Assembly (NCBI GenBank): GCA_035760705.1
Contig: DASTSL010000035.1
Location: 2,769 to 66,768 of the forward strand
Origin: Meiothermus sp.
GTDB taxonomy: Bacteria > Deinococcota > Deinococci > Deinococcales > Thermaceae
Reading direction: 5' to 3'
Length of the DNA: 64,000 bases
Part shown: positions 59,200 to 64,000 of the stretch, in pieces
Position numbering within the stretch: the first letter of the stretch is position 1
How the letters are laid out: the number at the start of each line of letters is the position of its first letter
The notes under the pieces: model-generated
Database searches by the model: none
Told to the model about the DNA's origin: nothing
The model's input: only the letters and a program-made list of their open reading frames with translations
Position numbers and translations under genes: made by a program

Positions 59200-60459
59200 A
59201 TGATACGCCTGATGATCGGTTTAGCCCTGATGGTCTTGGGCCTGGGTCTGGCCCAGCAAAAACCCGAGGACGTGATCAAAAGCCAGTGCGAGAAGGCCGG
59301 GGTGGTGGCCGAGCTGTGGAACGGCTTTACCGGCGGGGCCCCCAAGACAGCCCTGGAGAATCTGGCTGTGGAGTTCAACAAGACCCAGAACGGCCAGGCC
59401 TGCGTGCGGCCCATCTCGCAAGGCAACTATCGCGACCTCTCCACCAAGATCAAGGCCGCCTTCGCCAGCGGGAAAGTGCCGGTGATGGCCCAGGCCTTTG
59501 AGAACAACATGGCCCTTTACCTCGAGTCCGACGCCCTCTTGCCGATGTCGGCGCTGGGCGTGGACCTGAAGGGGGTCAACCCGCTCTTCGTGAACGCGGT
59601 GACCTTCAACAAACAGGTCTACGGGGTTCCCTTCAACAAAAGCATCCAGATCCTGTACTACAACCGCGACCTGCTGAAGAAATATGGCGCCAAGGTTCCT
59701 GCTACCGTGGAGGAGTTCGTGGCGACCGCCAAGCAGATTTCGCAGGGGGAGAAGGCCCCGGTCTACTTCTTCCAGCCCGACACCTCGACCTTCTCCTACT
59801 GGTTCTTCACGCTGGGCGGGAACTACCTGCCGGGCGGCAAGCTGGTGCTGAACTCGCCCAAGGCCCTCGAGACGCTCGAGTTCTTGGTGCGAGGCGTCAA
59901 GGACGGCTGGGCACGGCCCATCACCAACGGCTTCATCAACGCCAACTTCGGCGCGGGGCCCTTCGGCTTCTCCACCGACACCTCCGCCGGCTACAGCTTC
60001 TACCTCCAGGCCGCCAAGTTCGACGTGGGCGTGGCGACCCTGCCGGGTCGGACCAACAAGCAACCCGGCTTCGGGCTGGTGCAAGGCACCAACATCGTGG
60101 TCTTCAAAGGGGCTGACGAGAAGGAGAAAAAGGTCGCTGCCGACTTCCTCAAGTTCATCATCTCGCCCAAGGCCCAGGCGGTGTTCGGGGTGGCCACCAA
60201 CTACGTGCCGGTCAACCTGGGTTCGGGGGTTGACCCCTTGGTGACCCGCTACATCAAGGAAAACCCGGCCTTCGGCGTGGCGATTACCCAGGCCCGCTAC
60301 GCCAAGTTTGAACCGGCCCTCTCCGATTGGGAGCAGATCCGCTTCGACATCCTGGGGCAGGCCATCAAGGAGGCGGTGCTGGGCCAGGCGACCCCCAAGG
60401 CCGCGCTGGATAAGGCGCAGAAAGCCGCCGAAGACCTGTTGTCGGGTCGAACCCGCTGA
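59200..60459 (+). CDS. ABC transporter extracellular solute-binding protein (family 1, sugar type)
   Basis: Signal peptide MIRLMIGLALMVLGLGLAQ with SD AAGGAGG. The length and composition are typical of sugar SBPs. Confidence 0.85.
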   Translation: MIRLMIGLALMVLGLGLAQQKPEDVIKSQCEKAGVVAELWNGFTGGAPKTALENLAVEFNKTQNGQACVRPISQGNYRDLSTKIKAAFASGKVPVMAQAFENNMALYLESDALLPMSALGVDLKGVNPLFVNAVTFNKQVYGVPFNKSIQILYYNRDLLKKYGAKVPATVEEFVATAKQISQGEKAPVYFFQPDTSTFSYWFFTLGGNYLPGGKLVLNSPKALETLEFLVRGVKDGWARPITNGFINANFGAGPFGFSTDTSAGYSFYLQAAKFDVGVATLPGRTNKQPGFGLVQGTNIVVFKGADEKEKKVAADFLKFIISPKAQAVFGVATNYVPVNLGSGVDPLVTRYIKENPAFGVAITQARYAKFEPALSDWEQIRFDILGQAIKEAVLGQATPKAALDKAQKAAEDLLSGRTR

Positions 60460-60467
60460 TTTGGCTC

Positions 60468-60496
60468 GAGGCCGGAACCCACCCGGCCTCTTCTTG
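60468..60496 (+). terminator. intrinsic terminator after the ABC operon
   Basis: GAGGCCGG-aacccac-CCGGCCTC followed by TTCTTG. Confidence 0.7.
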
Positions 60497-60503
60497 CTCG
60501 AGT

Positions 60504-60545
60504 TTATGTGATTATTTTCACGATAAATCTGGATCGTGAAATTAG
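60504..60545 (-). repeat. AT-rich dispersed element, copy g (reverse orientation)
   Basis: The reverse complement reads taaTTTCACGATccagatttaTCGTGAAaataaTCACataaac. Confidence 0.75.
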
Positions 60546-60699
60546 TCTCTGGTGTGGGAACTGGCTAGCTCGAGCCTTAGCCCGGAGCAATCCTGAGGGG
60601 AGAGCCATTTATCCTGCGAACCCCGGCGTAGGCTTGAGGGTGGTAGGGTGCGTGCGCCGGCGAAGGGCTCGCGACAAGTCGGGGCGAAACGCGCTATAG

Positions 60700-61758
<1,059 letters not shown>

Positions 61759-61792
61759 GACGACAAAACACCGGGTGGGCAGTAGAAAACGA

Positions 61793-61860
61793 AGGCTTTT
61801 AGCACTTAGCGATTAGCCACCAGCTAAAGGCTAAAAGCTAATCGCTAAGAGCCTTTTTTG
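61793..61860 (+). terminator. long hairpin plus T-run between gap and pgk (terminator/attenuator or stabiliser)
   Basis: 12-bp perfect arms TTAGCGATTAGC (61806-61817) and GCTAATCGCTAA (61837-61848), outer AAGGCT/AGCCTT pairing, then TTTTTTG. Confidence 0.6.
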
Positions 61861-61892
61861 ATCACTGCCTCTAACCGCTTTTGAGGTGCAAT

Positions 61893-63080
61893 ATGCGAAC
61901 CCTGAAAGATTTCGACGCCGCCGGTAAGCGCGTGCTGGTGCGGGTGGATTACAACGTGCCGATTAAGGAGGGAAAGGTCAAGGACGATACCCGCGTCTCG
62001 GCGAGCCTGCCCACGTTGCGGCATCTGCTCGAGCAGGGCGCGACCCTGGTGCTCCTCAGCCACCTAGGAAGGCCCAAGGGCGGCTTCGAGGAAGCCAGCA
62101 GCCTGGCCCCGGTAGCCCCCATCCTGGAGAAACACCTGGGCCGCCCCGTCACCTTTATCGGCGGGAGCCCCGAGCTGACCCCGGCTTCGGATGCCACGCT
62201 CGAGCGGGTCAAATCCCTGCCCCAGGGCTCGGTGGCCCTCCTCGACAACGTGCGCTTCGAGGCGGGCGAGGAGAAAAACGACGAGACCCTGGCGCAGAAG
62301 TACGCGCGGCTGGGGGATGCCTTCGTGCTCGATGCCTTCGGCTCGGCCCACCGGGCCCACGCCTCGGTGACCGGGGTGGCCAAGTTCTTGCCTAGCTACG
62401 CCGGTTTCTTGATGGAGAAGGAGGTCTCGAGCATCAAGAAGGTCATCGAGCACCCCGAGAAGCCCTACTGGGTGGTGCTGGGCGGGGCCAAGGTCTCGGA
62501 CAAGATCGGGGTGATCGAAAACCTGCTGCCGCGGGTGAGCGGGATGCTGATCGGTGGGGCCATGGCCTTCACCTTTATCAAAGCTCAGGGCGGGAGTGTG
62601 GGGAACTCGCTGGTGGAGGACGACAAAACTGAGTTGGCTCGAGACCTCCTGCAAAAAGCCAAGGACCTGGGGGTGAAGCTCCTGCTCCCCAGCGACGTGG
62701 TGGCGGCCCAGAAGATCGAGGCCGGAAGCGAGACCAAGATCGTCGCGGCTAACCAGATCCCCGAGGGCTGGATGGGCCTCGACATCGGCCCAGAAACCCG
62801 CAAGGCCTTCGCCGACGCCCTGCAAGGGGCCAAAACGGTGCTTTGGAACGGCCCGATGGGGGTCTTCGAAATCGAGGACTTCGCCGCGGGAACGCTAGCG
62901 GTGGGCCAAGCCATCGCTGACTTGCCGGGGGCCTTCACCGTGATCGGCGGGGGCGACTCGGTCGCGGCGGCCAACAAGCTGGGCGTAGCCGAGAAGTTTA
63001 GCCACGTCTCTACAGGGGGTGGGGCCAGCCTGGAGCTGCTCGAGCTGGGCACCCTGCCGGGGATCGAAGCCTTGTCGTGA
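61893..63080 (+). CDS. pgk: phosphoglycerate kinase
   Basis: [23 protein letters not shown]...SHLGRPKG. 395 aa. Confidence 0.95.
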   Translation: MRTLKDFDAAGKRVLVRVDYNVPIKEGKVKDDTRVSASLPTLRHLLEQGATLVLLSHLGRPKGGFEEASSLAPVAPILEKHLGRPVTFIGGSPELTPASDATLERVKSLPQGSVALLDNVRFEAGEEKNDETLAQKYARLGDAFVLDAFGSAHRAHASVTGVAKFLPSYAGFLMEKEVSSIKKVIEHPEKPYWVVLGGAKVSDKIGVIENLLPRVSGMLIGGAMAFTFIKAQGGSVGNSLVEDDKTELARDLLQKAKDLGVKLLLPSDVVAAQKIEAGSETKIVAANQIPEGWMGLDIGPETRKAFADALQGAKTVLWNGPMGVFEIEDFAAGTLAVGQAIADLPGAFTVIGGGDSVAAANKLGVAEKFSHVSTGGGASLELLELGTLPGIEALS

Positions 63081-63121
63081 ACGCGGGGATGTGCCCATAG
63101 GCTATTAGGCAGGGAGTTTTT

Positions 63122-63874
63122 ATGCGTAGAACCTTGGTTGCAGGCAACTGGAAAATGCACAAAACCCCCACCGAAGCCAAGGCCTGGTTCCAAGAGCTGC
63201 TCCGCCGGCTCCCCCCAGTCTCGGCTGAACCTGCGTTGATGGTCCCGTTTACCACACTCGCAGCGGCGCAGGAAATCCTTGCGGGCACGGGCGTGGCCTA
63301 TGGGGCTCAGGATGTCTCGGCCCACCTCGAGGGGGCCTACACCGGGGAGGTCTCGGCCCGGATGCTCGAGGATCTGGGCTGCACCTACACCATCGTCGGC
63401 CACTCCGAACGGCGGCAGTACCACCAGGAATCCGATGAATTGGTGGCGGAGAAGGCCCAGCGTTTGCTCGAGCGCGGCATCGTCCCGATCCTCTGCGTGG
63501 GCGAGCCGCTCGAGGTGCGCGAGGTGGGCGATGAGGTGCCCTACACGCTCACCCAGCTCGAGGGCAGCCTGGAAGGCGTCGAGCCCGGCTCTCCCGACCG
63601 ATTGGTGATCGCCTACGAGCCGGTCTGGGCTATCGGGACGGGAAAGACTGCTACTCCCGACGACGCTGAGGCCATGCACAAGGAGATTCGGGGCTGGCTG
63701 GCGGGGCGTTTCAGCCCTGAGTTCGCCGATCGGGTGCGGGTGCTCTACGGGGGCTCGGTCAAGCCGGACAATGCCGAGGCCCTCTTCGGCCAGCCGGACA
63801 TCGACGGCGGGCTGGTCGGCGGGGCGAGCCTGAAGCTGGAGGATTATCTGAAGTTGCTCGAGGCGGCGAAGTAG
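63122..63874 (+). CDS. tpiA: triosephosphate isomerase
   Basis: [19 protein letters not shown] and [11 protein letters not shown] are present. Confidence 0.95.
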   Translation: MRRTLVAGNWKMHKTPTEAKAWFQELLRRLPPVSAEPALMVPFTTLAAAQEILAGTGVAYGAQDVSAHLEGAYTGEVSARMLEDLGCTYTIVGHSERRQYHQESDELVAEKAQRLLERGIVPILCVGEPLEVREVGDEVPYTLTQLEGSLEGVEPGSPDRLVIAYEPVWAIGTGKTATPDDAEAMHKEIRGWLAGRFSPEFADRVRVLYGGSVKPDNAEALFGQPDIDGGLVGGASLKLEDYLKLLEAAK

Positions 63875-63889
63875 GCGGGTTCACTGATA

Positions 63890-64000
63890 TGAAAATCGCT
63901 GTAGCCCCGCCGGAACGACAGGCGACGATTCGGCTGCGGGATGGTCGCACGCTCGCTTGGTCAGAGTAGGGGCTTACCGATGACCTTCCGGTTTTGTTCT
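63890..64000 (+). pseudogene. 5' end of an alpha/beta-hydrolase-like gene interrupted by an in-frame TAG (or a very short ORF)
   Basis: MKIAVAPPERQATIRLRDGRTLAWSE-TAG-GLTDDLPVLF. The reading frame continues sensibly after the stop at 63966-63968. Cut by the window edge. Confidence 0.3.

Overview
GC-rich bacterial chromosomal segment. The protein set (KipI-KipA fusion, PdxS/PdxT, LysM-M23 and LysM-RlpA wall enzymes, DHH-CBS-poly(A)-polymerase fusion), a T-box on ileS and many apparently leaderless starts point to Deinococcus-Thermus, probably a Meiothermus/Thermus relative; this is my recognition, not a search result. I call about 58 CDS, nearly all housekeeping:
- five aminoacyl-tRNA synthetases (serS, ileS, asnS, aspS, hisS) and gatC
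- tkt, tal, gap-pgk-tpiA
- accB-accC, efp, rho, smc, smpB, nfo, pdxS/pdxT, pxpA-pxpBC
- one sugar ABC importer, cell-wall hydrolases, and a glycosyltransferase/MFS/deacetylase cluster

I found no rRNA, tRNA, CRISPR array, IS element or prophage, and no convincing new multi-gene system such as a defence island. The signals most worth a second look are mostly non-coding:
1. A ~45-bp AT-rich dispersed element, TTCACGA-N-TCGTGAA plus a TCAC half-site, present 7 times.
2. A ~40-nt double-hairpin repeat inserted in frame in two unrelated genes.
3. A long (351-aa) tyrosine recombinase next to a perfect 16+6+16 inverted repeat that resembles a dif-type core site.
4. A T-box leader on ileS with back-to-back divergent promoters.
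5. Paired palindromic operators upstream of an XRE/membrane-protein operon, which also carries a G8 frameshift.
6. An intact M50 protease next to a paralog that has lost its metal-binding motif.

Many long ORFs in the supplied track are GC-driven shadow ORFs and are rejected. All start-site refinements and motif alignments were done by eye and need computational confirmation.
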